A stretch of 64,000 nucleotides of DNA from Octopus sinensis (Eukaryota): the NCBI RefSeq assembly GCF_006345805.1, contig NC_042999.1:77128001-77192000 (forward strand). Direction: 5' to 3'. The number at the start of each line of letters is the position of its first letter. Position 1 is the stretch's first letter. This document shows, piece after piece, positions 38,131 through 49,980 of the stretch. Under the pieces are notes generated by a model. The model was not told the origin of the DNA, searched no databases, and saw nothing but the letters and a program-made list of their open reading frames with translations. Made by a program: the position numbers and the translations under genes.

Positions 38131-39406
38131 GTACAGCACTCAGGTACACTACAACTCATCAGAAAAACGAAGTAACCAAAACTGCATGAACAGTACATAG
38201 AATATGCACAGGAACTGAACAGTGAATAAGTCTTCCAAAAAGAAAAGAAAACAGGGGTTAGGGGCATCAGGTATAGTGTTGGTGAATTTCCAGAAGCATG
38301 GAAGTTTTGAAGGATGTAGTGTCTCAACAGCTAATAACTGATGTGAGTAGTTTGTTGCTGAGATGCTGAAAATATCCCATGAAGTAGGTTGATTATGTGA
38401 GCTAGTCTCTAGCTAGTCACCCACATAATCAGCCAGGTAATACAGGAAGTCTATCCTCAGACTGACAAATACAAGAAGGACATGTCACCCTGAAGGTACA
38501 CTCTAACATCTTATTATCACCATATTTACTTCTCTTTCTGGTAATACAGCCACCTTCACCCATGTATATTGCAACATATCCATGAATCTACTCCACAACA
38601 GTAGACCTGATCCTGCTCTTCTTATTATAATTTGATCTCTCAACAACTCATATAAAGCTACCTCTCTGTCTCCAATTCTCTCACTCAAGGGGCCTTTTTT
38701 ACACTTGCAAGTTACAAGGATACTTCAATAGTGTAGATGACACAAAAAAGTACCCAGTACACTCTGCAAAGTGGTTGAAGTTAGGAAGAGCATCCAGCCG
38801 TAGAACTCATGCCAAAATTGAGATACTAAAGCAAGACAGATCTTGCAATCCATTGGATCTTGACAAAGCACCCAACCCAAACCAGAGTGGAAAGCAAATG
38901 AAACATGATAATGACGGCGGTGTATGAAGGACAGCCATTCATAAAAGATAAGATGTATGAAAGACAGAGAGATAAGATGACTGAAGTGAATGGGAAGATG
39001 AGTGAAAGAAGGAAGTGGAAAACACACACATCCAAACACAAAGAGTTGGACAGAGACTTAGGGCAGAATTTTACAGCTAAATGCCCCTCCTATCACCAAC
39101 TTTTACTTGTTTTTCAGTTAATGTCTTGTTTTTTATTATTCCACAGGTCTTCAAAAGTGTAGAGCAACTGAGGTGTACTGCTAATAGAGAATATAAGTAT
39201 GATATTTTCATTTTGCTCAGACTGCCACTTGAAAGTGGAGAACATTTACACATACACAAGATAAGTTTCCATACAGTTTTTCTCTTACCAATTTCACTTA
39301 CAAGGCATTGATCAGTCTGATGCTACAAGTAGAAAACATTCCATGGGGTGAGACAGAATCCGAAACCGTGTGGCAAACTCCATATTCACAGTCATGGCTG
39401 CCCAAA

Positions 39407-39444
<38 letters not shown>

Positions 39445-39512
39445 TAATCCAAACGGGAAAACAGAAAAAACAACAACATGTGGAACAATTACAGTATTAT
39501 TATTATTAGGCG

Positions 39513-39578
<66 letters not shown>

Positions 39579-40085
39579 GTGTGTGTGTGTGTGTAAGTAG
39601 AAGGGTGTACCATACAGTGTGTATTAGAAAAGCTAAGATTAATTCAGAGTAGGGAAACAACAATGTTTAAGCTTTATGCTATGGAATTTTAAACAGATTT
39701 AAATATATCTTGTTATTCTCTTCGTACATGGAAATATAAATGCAATTGTTCTATGCTTTATGCTGAAAAGTGAAGTCAGCAATATTTGTCAAGTAAAATG
39801 AAGATATTAGACAGAAAACAACATTCAAATATGAAGCAACTTAAAAGAATCACTGCATATGCTGGTCTTTGAGAGCAGCTCACTATCCCTAACACAGAGA
39901 TGAACATACATCCTACTTAGTGTAATCACACTATTGATAAGTCAGTTACTGCAGTATTTGTCCTGAGATGGCATATTAAATGCAATAAGTATCAGAGGAA
40001 AACTCATTGCAGCAGTACCAAGCAAAAATGCCAGACACATTTCAGCTTTTCAATTGCATGTACTCACAAGCAACCACATTCCTGA

Positions 40086-40120
<35 letters not shown>

Positions 40121-40275
40121 CACAGGAGTGGCTATGAGGTAAGAAGCTTGCTTCCCAACCACATGGTACCAGGTTCAGTCCTACAGCATGGCACCTTGGG
40201 TAAGTGTCGTCTAGTATAGCCTCGGGCTGACCAATGCCTTGTGAATGGATTTGGTAGACGGAAACTGAAAGAAGC

Positions 40276-40318
<43 letters not shown>

Positions 40319-40445
40319 TTGAAATTTACAGAAAAACAAAAGACAAAGACAGGTGTATAAACAACAAGAAGGTGTATTAGTTCGACACTCAGGAAGGTGA
40401 GAAAGTCTTTTACGTTTTGAGCCTACGCTATTCAACACAAAGGAA

Positions 40446-42480
40446 CATCATCATCATCATCGTCATTTAACGTCCGTTCTCCATGCTAGCATGGGTTGGA
40501 CGGTTCGACCGGGGTTCTGGGAAGCCAGAAGGCTGCACCAGGCTCCAGTCTAATTTGGCAATGTTTCTACAGCTGGATGCCCTTCCTAACGCCAACCACT
40601 CCGTGAGTGTAGTGGGTGCTTTTTACGTGCCACCTGCACAGGTGCCAGGCGGGGCTGGCAACGGCCACGGTCAGATTGGTGTATTTTATGTGCCACCGGC
40701 ACGGAAGCCAGTCGAGGCGGTGCTGGCATCGGCCACGAGTCGGATAGTGCTTTTTACGTACCACCAGACCAGGGATCCTGGCTGGTTCAATTCGATTTCG
40801 ATTTCGCTTGCCCCAACATGTCTTCACAAGCAAAGGGGGTTGGCAAGGGTGCCTGTCGTACGGTCGCATTGGAGTATTTTACGTGCCACGGCCACGAGTC
40901 GGATAATGCTTTACGTACCACCAGACCAGGGATACTGGCTGGTTCAATTCGATTTCGATTTCGCTTGCCCCAACATGTCTTCACAAGCAAAGGGGGTTGG
41001 CAAGGGTGCCTGTCGTACGGTCGCATTGGAGTATTTTACGTGCCACGGCCACGAGTCGGATAGTGCTTTACGTACCACCAGACCAGGGATCCTGGCTGGT
41101 TCAATTCGATTTCGATTTCGCTTGCCCCAACATGTCTTCACAAGCAAAGGGGGTTGGCATGGGTGCCTGTCGTACGGTCGCATTGGAGTATTTTACGTGC
41201 CACGGCCCCGAGTCGGATAGTGCTTTTTACGTACCACCAGGCCAGGGATCCTGGCTGGTTCAATTCGGTTTCGATTTCGATTTCGCTTGCCCCAACATGT
41301 CTTCGCAAGCATGGGGGGTTGGGATGGGTGTCTGTCGTCGGATGAGGTTCTATATCGACTTCGCTTGCCTCAACCGGTCTTTGTGTCCAAGGGAGGAAAG
41401 GCATTCATAAGTGGGCTGGGCTCACTTGTCCTGCCTGGTCTTCTCACGTACAGAATATTTCCAAAGGTCTCGGTCTCTGGTCATTTCCTCAGTGAGGCCT
41501 AAAGTTCGAAGGTCGTGCTTCACCACCTCGTCCCAGGTTTTCCTGGGTCTACCTCTTCCACGGGTTCCCTCAACTGCTAGGGATTGGCACTTTCTCACAC
41601 ACCTATCTTCATCCATTCTCGCCACATGACCATACCAGCGCAATCGTCTCTCTTGCACACCACAACTGATGCTTCTTAGGTACAACATTTCTCTCAAGGT
41701 GCTAACGCTCTGTCGAGTATGTACACTGACATTACACATCCATCGGAGCATACTGGCTTCATTCCTCACGAGCTTACGCATGTCCTCAGCAGTCACAGCC
41801 CATGTTTCGCTGCCATGTAGCATGGCTGTTCGTACACACGCATCATACAGTCTGCCTTTTACTCTGAGCGAGAGGCCTTTAGTCACCAGCAGAGGTAAGA
41901 GCTCCCTAAACTTTGCCCAGGCTATTCTTATTCTAGCAGTTACACTTTCAGCGCACCCACCCCCACTACTGACTTGGTCACCTAGATAACGGAAGCTATC
42001 AACTACTTCTAGTTTTTCCCCCTGGAAAGTGACGGAAGTTGTTTTCTGCAGATTTTCGGAGGTTAATGCTCCCGAGCATCTGCCACATACAAAAACTATC
42101 TTCCCAGTTAGCCTACCTTTGACATTGCTGCACCTCTTATGTGTCCATAGCTTACACTGGGTACATCTTATAGAGTTTCTACCTACACCTTTTCTACAGA
42201 TCGAGCAGGGCCATCTTCCTGAAGATATTTGTGGATTGTCTACCTTTCTACTTATTAGTACTTTGGTTTTAGCTAGGTTGACTCTAAGGCCCCTTGATTC
42301 TAAACCCTCCTTCCACACCTGGAACTTCTCCTCCAGTTCTGATAGTGACTCAGCAATAAGAGCAAGGTCGTCAGCGTAGAGGAGCTCCCAGGGACAGCCT
42401 GTCTTGAATTCCTCCGTAATTGCCTGGAGTACTATGATAAATAGGAGGGGGCTGAGTACTGAACCCTGGTGGACCCCACG
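40446..42480 (-). mobile_element. Young 5'-truncated RTE-clade LINE: RT C-terminal ORF, long 3'UTR and (GAT)n tail
   Basis: Stop-free from GVHQGSVLSP through LLYADD, FRYLG, GSETW and RGRGRPRKTW to the stop at 41422. The 3'UTR runs to GGACGTTAAATGACGATGATGATG. Flanked by an AGGAA direct repeat (40441-45 / 42481-85), a candidate TSD. Confidence 0.93.
40731..41335. repeat. About 3.8 tandem copies of a 157-bp unit inside the RTE 3'UTR
   Basis: Unit starts GGCCACGAGTCGGAT at 40731, 40890, 41047 and 41204 (periods 159, 157, 157). Copies are near-identical. Confidence 0.95.
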
Positions 42481-45400
42481 AGGAAATAAACAGAGAGGGA
42501 ATAAAAAAAACTTTGGGAGTTAGCGGTCAATCATGGCATCTTTTTCTCTGTGTTTGTCACCCATTACTGCTTGACAACCAGCATTGGTGTGTTTAAATCC
42601 CTGTAACTTAGCAGTTCGGCAAAAGTGACCTATAGAATAACTACCAGGCTTAAAAAATAAATATTGGGGTCAATTAATTTAACTAAAAGAAAACAATTCA
42701 AGGTGGTGCCCCAGTATGGCCGTAGTCTAGTGACTGAAATAAGTAAAAGATATATATCATCATCATCATCATCACACCCATCCACACACACACACACAAC
42801 AGGCTTCCACACAGTTTCAATCTATCAAATTCACTCACAAGACATTGGCCAACTCAGAGGTATAGTAAAACACACTTGCTCATGGTGCCATGCAGTGGGA
42901 CTGAACCTGAAACTATATGGATGCAAAGCAGGGTTCTTAACCATACAGCCAAGAGCTTTTAATTCAAAAAGAACGTGAAATTTACAACCATGAAAAGTTA
43001 TGCTTAAAGTTCTTAATTTTCTTTACCTAATTGCCCTGCAGGTTACTGGGATAGTATATAAAAACATTGATTAAGTGTCAAGTGTAGTAATTTAGTTACA
43101 GGATGTGATTTCAATCCTTGAATCATAATAGGAGAATATCTGTGGTATGGATAATGGAATGAGAACATTGTAGTCTTGTAGATTTAATATAACAGGTGTA
43201 GTTCGAAATTCCAAGTATGTAACCTAATGCAGCAAAGCTGAAGAAAACAGTGGGTACAGGGAATGAAATACGAATATGACAACCGAGATGTGGACACTAG
43301 TCCAAATATATAATGATAATTCCTTATGTCAGGAATTCACACAACACACACACAGTCATGTAGTTATGCTTATGTAAGAAATCAATGATTACACTATACT
43401 TCATTTAATAGTCTAATAATGCAAACTCATCATTATTTATTATCATTATTACTATTAATTTGTTTTGTGTTTTTAATTTTTGCGCTTTTGTATCTTCTCA
43501 CAGAAACATTCCACATTCGGCCGCAATGATAAATATTTTGAATAGCAAAAACAAAAAAATAACTGCACATATATGATTTAATGATAGAAAGATAAGAAAT
43601 GAAAGATAAACGATAGTGTGGCCTTTATGTATGCATAAAACAATGAGAATCTCTTTTTAGTAAGAGGGGGAAATAACATTTAAAACATTTTCGAAAATAC
43701 ATCATATGTTTATTATAAACTGGTTTGGCTGGCATGGACAATTCATAATACATAGGTAAGGCTGACATTAAGTTTTTGTCTCAAAACCTAAGTAAATTCA
43801 AGATTTTTTATTAATATATTTATCAGAATAGTTAAAAACTGTTTTTAATCAGTAAATAATTGTTGAACTGTAATTTGAAGGAAATAAAAACTATTTTCAT
43901 TTAACAATTTGTCATTTAAGAACGAGTTGGCCACCTCAGGTTTTTGCCAAAACTTAAGTAATGCGTGTGCGTACGTGTATGTGTATATATATATATATAT
44001 AGTGTGTGTGTGTGTGAATGAGTGTAGTTTTGTCAGTGTATGTAAATATATGTAGATACATACGCCTACATACATATGTATGCGTATGCTTAAGTAATGT
44101 TTATATATGGGCGTGTGTATATGTATCTGTGTGTGCGTGTGTGTAAATGGAATGTATAGGTGTCTAATCATATATAGGTGTGTGTTTAAAACCAATTGAA
44201 ATATTGTCTTGATGAAGAACTCAATACCAAATGTGTAACAGAGTGAAATATATATATTTATTCACAGTCACACTTTATAATAAGTTTGATAAATGTTTTT
44301 AACCGAAACTCTAGGTTCTTCAGCAACTCTTAGTGTTCTCAGCAAATATAAATTTAATATTATTTACATATATGTAATAAGTATGTTTGTGTGATAGTGT
44401 CTATGTACGTGAGTGGTAAGAAAGATGGGGAAATAACAGCTTTAGACGATGGTAGGATTTCTACATAAAATATTAATAGAGAGGGAGGGAACAGAGAAGT
44501 GGAATGGAAGAAAGAGAGTAGTGGGAAAGGGAGGAGAATATATAGAAGTGGACATTCCGGCCGAAGTGACCATAACTTTGGTCCGGAGTCTGGCTGGAGG
44601 AAGCGAACAAGGAAGGAATTGGTAAGACAAGACGACTCTGGCATTCGGTCTTTTCTCCGGCTGGAAAGACTGAAAGATTTTTTTTTTTTAACCTAAATCA
44701 AAAGGAATGGTATTTAAATGAAATGGACAGAATCTGAATGAGAATAGAAACTACTGATTACAATTAGTTTGGGTCAGTTTCGGAAGGAATGTCTCTCCTT
44801 CTCCTTCAGTGGACATGAATGCAGCTACTTTCGACAGTTCGCCGAACCTTCAGACATGACACCTTACACAGATTCTTCCTCAAACATATTTTGACGTTTG
44901 CTTTCTATTTTATTCCTCTTCTTTTGGTCCTAATAATTTTATTGAGGAGAAAAAAATATATATCTCTTTTTCTCGTGATTCATTATTATTTAATACTTCA
45001 AACACTGAATGAAATATATTTTATAGGGATGCAAAATAGATAAGTTTGACAAATCGCTTTACGATGTTCTAAGACTTATGAATGATTGGAGTAAGACATA
45101 TTATTTAGTCGATCCAGTTAGAGAAAAACGTTATAGACATGATTTAAATTCATTTAATTAAGATACTAAAGAGAAAAAAAAATACCAAAGAGAAACATCA
45201 AAGTGATTTTCAGCGAAAATATTCTTAATGAAGCAAATATTTGCAGAAGAAACGAAAATAAAGATCAACAATACCCCAAGACATTGTAACGAAATGACAC
45301 GAAAAAAACAAGAGGAGGAATATAAAAACACATGTCGAGATGACAATCTAATTTAACGAAAGTAATTAAGAAATTGAGAGTAGGAAACTAAATTTCCTAT

Positions 45401-45999
45401 GCCCCACCAACATAATAAATCGGTTCCAGCTCTCACCCATCATCACCTTGCTGTTAATGTTGCTTGTTTTGATTGAAGTCTTACAAGTTCCGCCATCACG
45501 GTGGGAAATTTCCGTAAAAGTCTCTCTGGAGAGATTGGCAAACTAAATTCTGGGAAGAACAACACTAAAACGTAACGTTAAGAATAATATGGAGAAGAAT
45601 GATGTGTTGGGAATATATGGAGAAAAAAATATATATATATCGGAGTTACAAGATGTTTTGATGAGGATATTATTGAATACAAGAGAAAGAGAGGAAGAAG
45701 AAGAAAAATCTGGCAGTTATAGAATAATAGAAAGAAGAAATATGTCAATAACAGAAATAAGTTTAAAAGTAAATTCGTAAACGATCGCCTCTGTTGTGAT
45801 GATGATGATGAAGGAGAAGGCATGAGGAAATATGAAATTATAACATTGCTTGGACAGTGAATGTAAGGTGACGATGCGATGTTTAGGCTGGAAAAATTGA
45901 CAGCTGCAACTATGCACAAGGGGGATGGAAAGAGAAGAGAGAGGAAAACAGAAGCATGCTCGCTCGATGTGAATTGATAGATCAGCCATCTTGTAATAT

Positions 46000-46500
46000 C
46001 ATCTGGTCTCTGTGTGTGTGTGTCTCTCTCTTGTAGCTCTCTCTCAATGGCCGCCCTTTGCCGGCACTCTGTCTGTTCGTCGCCACAGCACACGCCATCA
46101 CATACCACACGCCACTCACACACCTCATTCCTGGAAACAACATACACCAGAAAGACATTTCCGGGCCGGAAAAACCGAAGAAAACAAAAACAAAAAAAAT
46201 GCAGTCGTGAAATTATCGCTCGTCCAGATTTCATCTGTTTTCACTCGTCTTTCGGCTGAACTGACCCTGGCCAATTTTTATCTCAAAGCTCTTAGATACC
46301 AAAAAAAAGTAATAATAAACAAATAAAAAAAAATTTTTTTCACACACAACCCAACTATGTCCAAATATGTGAAAGGTGTCGTTCGACTTACCAGAGGCAG
46401 ATTAGCTTGTAAGGCGGCGCCGTCCTGCCAGAGACGATGTAAGTGCCGACATTGGCAAGCCGTTCCCAACTGATTGGCTGACCTTGCACTCAACACAATT
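46000..46500. promoter_or_regulatory. Probable promoter / first-exon region, possibly bidirectional
   Basis: Locally CpG-rich. Two ATTGG (CCAAT on -) at 46451-55 and 46473-77, and inverted ETS-like CCGGAA sites TTTCCGGGCCGGAAA at 46158-72. GTAAGT donors on - (46391-86) and + (46439-44). Purine/pyrimidine strand skew flips across ~46400-46480. Confidence 0.55.
46357..46438 (+). CDS. Candidate first coding exon of a + strand gene (basic, presequence-like peptide)
   Basis: ATG...MSKYVKGVVRLTRGRLACKAAPSCQRR followed by T|GTAAGT. Arg/Lys/Ser-rich with no acidic residues. No downstream exon was found in the window. Confidence 0.25.
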
Positions 46501-49091
46501 TTTTTTTCCCTTCTCTCTGCCCTCTCTTCTCTCTCACATCATTTTTATTCATGCTTCATACTACGTCCGTTACTTTACTTTTTTCTATCTTTTCCTGCCT
46601 TTGTGCATGTGTTGTTATTTTTATTTTTATTTTTTCCTCATTATACATCACTCCCCTCTTCTAAATAAATTCCTACATCTTTTTCTACGCGAGCGTGTAT
46701 CTGCAAACACACACACACACGCACACAAATATACATATCAAACTATCTCTCCTGTAAATTTATCTTTCCTGGACCTGGACGCTATCAAAGGTTTTTCCAA
46801 TCAATCAATCACTAAAATTAGCAACACCTAACCACGTTTCCTTCAGTTTAATTTATTATAAAAATATATTTTAATTCATTCTGTAATTACTTCAATCTAT
46901 TTATTTTAATCATGCTTCCCTATTCTTTTTCTCATTTCATTATTATTAATTATTTCTCCTTTTTCACACCTCTCCGAGCTTCATCTGATATAATGATTTT
47001 AAAAAAACGACATTACTCCATGTTTATTTAAGCCTCATACAAAATAAAATAAGTGACCGGTGTCCGATTGTCCCATATACGTTTATATCTTGACCAGCAT
47101 CTAACTAACTGCTCTTTAAAAGGTGCTATTTCGGTATTATTATTGTCACTAGAAAGTGACAAAAGCAGCAGATTGCTGGACTAAATACTATGCAGTATTT
47201 AGTTACGCCCCTTTATGTTTTGAGTTCAAATCCCTCCTGGGTTGACTTTATCTTTCATATCTCTCTCTCTCTCTCTGAGTCGCTAAAATAAGTATCAAAG
47301 TACTAATGAATGATTCTGTTTCGTATATTTTCTTCCCCGGATGTCATAATACAAGGGATGAAATCTAATGAATTGAGACCTCCACAAAATTTCAAATGTC
47401 TGTTGAAATTGACTTCCATTATATTCTTCAGAAAAGCACCACAATCTCATATAACTCGTAATTTTTGTCCATCCCCTAAAATAAAGGCTCCTTGTTCCCA
47501 GTTTTAAAAAATATATCAATATAAAGAATGATAGAAATGGCTAAGTTTGCACATATTTGCTTTGAGTTCAAATTCTACTAGAGCCAACTTAGCCTACCAT
47601 CTGTCAGGATGGGTAAGGGAATAAAATAATGCTAGTAAAATAACTTGGATCAATTCAGTCAAATTTTTCACAAAGGCAGTTGTTGTCATCATACATCTTT
47701 TGAAAATAATTACCAAAGCTTGAGACATTTGATTTCCTTACATAAAATTTTGATGGAGACATCACCTTTTCTAAAATATTTAGAATCAAGTCACAAGAGA
47801 ACTCAATAAGGTTGCTCAACCAAGAGATAGCAGTCAAATCTCCCTACACAAACCACATCCTACCATCTTAAATAAAGATACATTGGAAAAATGTTCATTC
47901 CTGTTAAACAAAGAAGCAGGATGGTCACTATTGGATTGTCTTTGATCATTGGTCTCTTCAGTCCATATTGAACTGGGACTAAACAGCAACAAATATTTAG
48001 CTAGTGTACTTTGACAAATATGTCTCCAAGAGGTTTACACTTACTTAAAATTTACTGAAGTACAGCTCTTTCAATGTATAAGTGTCATTCTGCACTTCTA
48101 TCTATGCATAGACACTTTCATCAGTGCCATATCAAGTATGGTGGGTTCATAATAATAGGAAGCCATTTATGCTTGCTAGACTTTACTAGCATATATTGAC
48201 TGTTGTAGTGTAAACTTGGTTCCTTTTCAACTAAGCATAATGGTCTTTATAAAGAACATGGATTGCTGAGTTAATAGGATACAAGAAACCCAGCTGAGAA
48301 GTCAGCAATTTGTGCTTTATCCTCACCATGTTTTTCTTTCTTTTTTTTTACATAACTACAAGATCCACTCATAACAGAACTGATATCATAAAACCAAAGT
48401 GCCAGGTAAAAAACACTGGTGATAATGCCACATGAAAAGCACCTAGTACACTCTGTAAAGAAGTTAGCATTGGGAAGGGCATCCAGCTGTAGAAACCAAA
48501 CCAAGAACAGAATATGGAACCTAGTCTTGCCAACTCCAATCAAGCTGTCTGACCCATGCCAGCATGGAAAATGGACATTAAATGGCATGCCTAACTTCCA
48601 AATAGCTGAGCCCATTTAACTGTAAAGAGATACCACAATAGGCATAAATAACCACTGCAAGCAGCAGCAACATTATAAAATTGATTTGTTTCATTAACTT
48701 GCAATACCATTCCATTCCATCTGTGAGCAAAAATTGAAAGAGAACAGACTGCTTTGAGTTAAATAACAGTAGAGAAACAAGTCTAGAATTTGGTCCTTGT
48801 TCTAAAATAAGTTGTAAGTTTCATGTCTCAATGGATTATGAAACTCACAATTTGGTAGGTTGTGATAATGATACATACTTTTTTTTTTTTTTACTAGTTT
48901 CACTCATTGGACCACAGTTATACTTGAACCCCAGTACTTATTTCCATCAATTGGTATTATTTGTTTGTGTCTATAGTTGAAAGGATTAATTGTTATTGAG
49001 TTACTGACTTCAGAAGAATAAAAAGCAAAGTGGATTTAAATGGGATTTAAACTCTAAACCAACTCCTGTAGGTGTTTTATTCAATTCTCAA

Positions 49092-49136
<45 letters not shown>

Positions 49137-49138
49137 CA

Positions 49139-49980
49139 CAGGTGCAATGAGTAAAATGTCACCATTTTATATTCTTAATTTCATGCATTTTGTCAACTAC
49201 ACAGTATAGTAGGGTCAGTTGGGTACCATCTGTGAGAAAAACAGTGCCATGATGCAATTCGCTCTGTCAGAAATTTGGAAACGACATGCTGTACCGCTTG
49301 GCATTTTCACCAGAAGCTCTAATATGAACATTTCAGAGTGTTTGGGAGTCAGTCTGAGGACAGTGCATGTACCGAGAGTGATAAAAATCAAATATCCAAT
49401 CAACATCATGGTGCTTGGAGTGACGGTGTCATTATGCCTCCATTCATCTTCGCATATGGCCTCTGACTCAACACACAGGCCTACATTATGTATCTGGAGG
49501 AGGTAGTACTGTCCTGGGTCAAGAGGGTGACTGCTGGAATACCCTATGTCTGGCAACGACTCTGCACCATGCCACACAAGCAGAACAGAGTTGTATTTGT
49601 CAGACAATTTCGGTGACCACATCACCTCTAACACCTGGCCACATAACTCCCCAGACTACAACCCCCTTGAATATTATGTGTGGGGCACAGTTGAGCAAGA
49701 GACCAACAAAACTCCTCGTAACACCAAAAATGAACTGAAGGCAAGGATTATAACAACATTCACCAGCTTAAACAGGGAGACCATGCAGAAGAGTTGCAAG
49801 AGATTCTGAAGTCGTCTGAAGGCTGTGGTTGAAACCAATGGTGATTTTATTGAATAAATTTACTCTTTAGTATTTCAAGATATTTCTATGTAATTTTGGT
49901 AAATATATCTGTTAAAATGAGATGTTAGTGCTATTTTCATTTCTTCATAATTTAGATGACAATATATTCACTGCACCCTG
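49139..49980 (+). mobile_element. Internally deleted Tc1/mariner element of the maT (DD37D-like) type
   Basis: Degenerate TIRs CAGGTGCAATGAGTAAAATGTC / GACAATATATTCACTGCACCCTG|TA. The HTH remnant (ISECLGVSLRTVH) is fused to the catalytic end (DSAPCHTS...WPHNSPDYNPLEYYVWG...KSCKRF). Confidence 0.8.

Noticed and set aside
40411-40436. Hammerhead-like remnant on - (UUGAAUAG-CGUAGG-CUC-AAAACGUA) next to the RTE insertion site
   Set aside because: At least two invariant core positions are altered (G8 and G12), so at most it is a dead PLE remnant.
40483-41220. 245-aa + strand ORF and overlapping repeated ORFs
   Set aside because: They arise from the antisense strand of the RTE 3'UTR and its 157-bp tandem array and have no protein signal.
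44205-44255. TGAAGA-ACTC...GAGT-GAAA motif; also CTGAAGAG at ~5813
   Set aside because: The first lacks C3 and a stem I; the second lacks GAAA.
44775-44855. Two CTGAAGG...CGAAA motifs on - with short stems
   Set aside because: The core is CUGAAGG rather than CUGANGA and stems I/III cannot be built. It is not supportable as a ribozyme.
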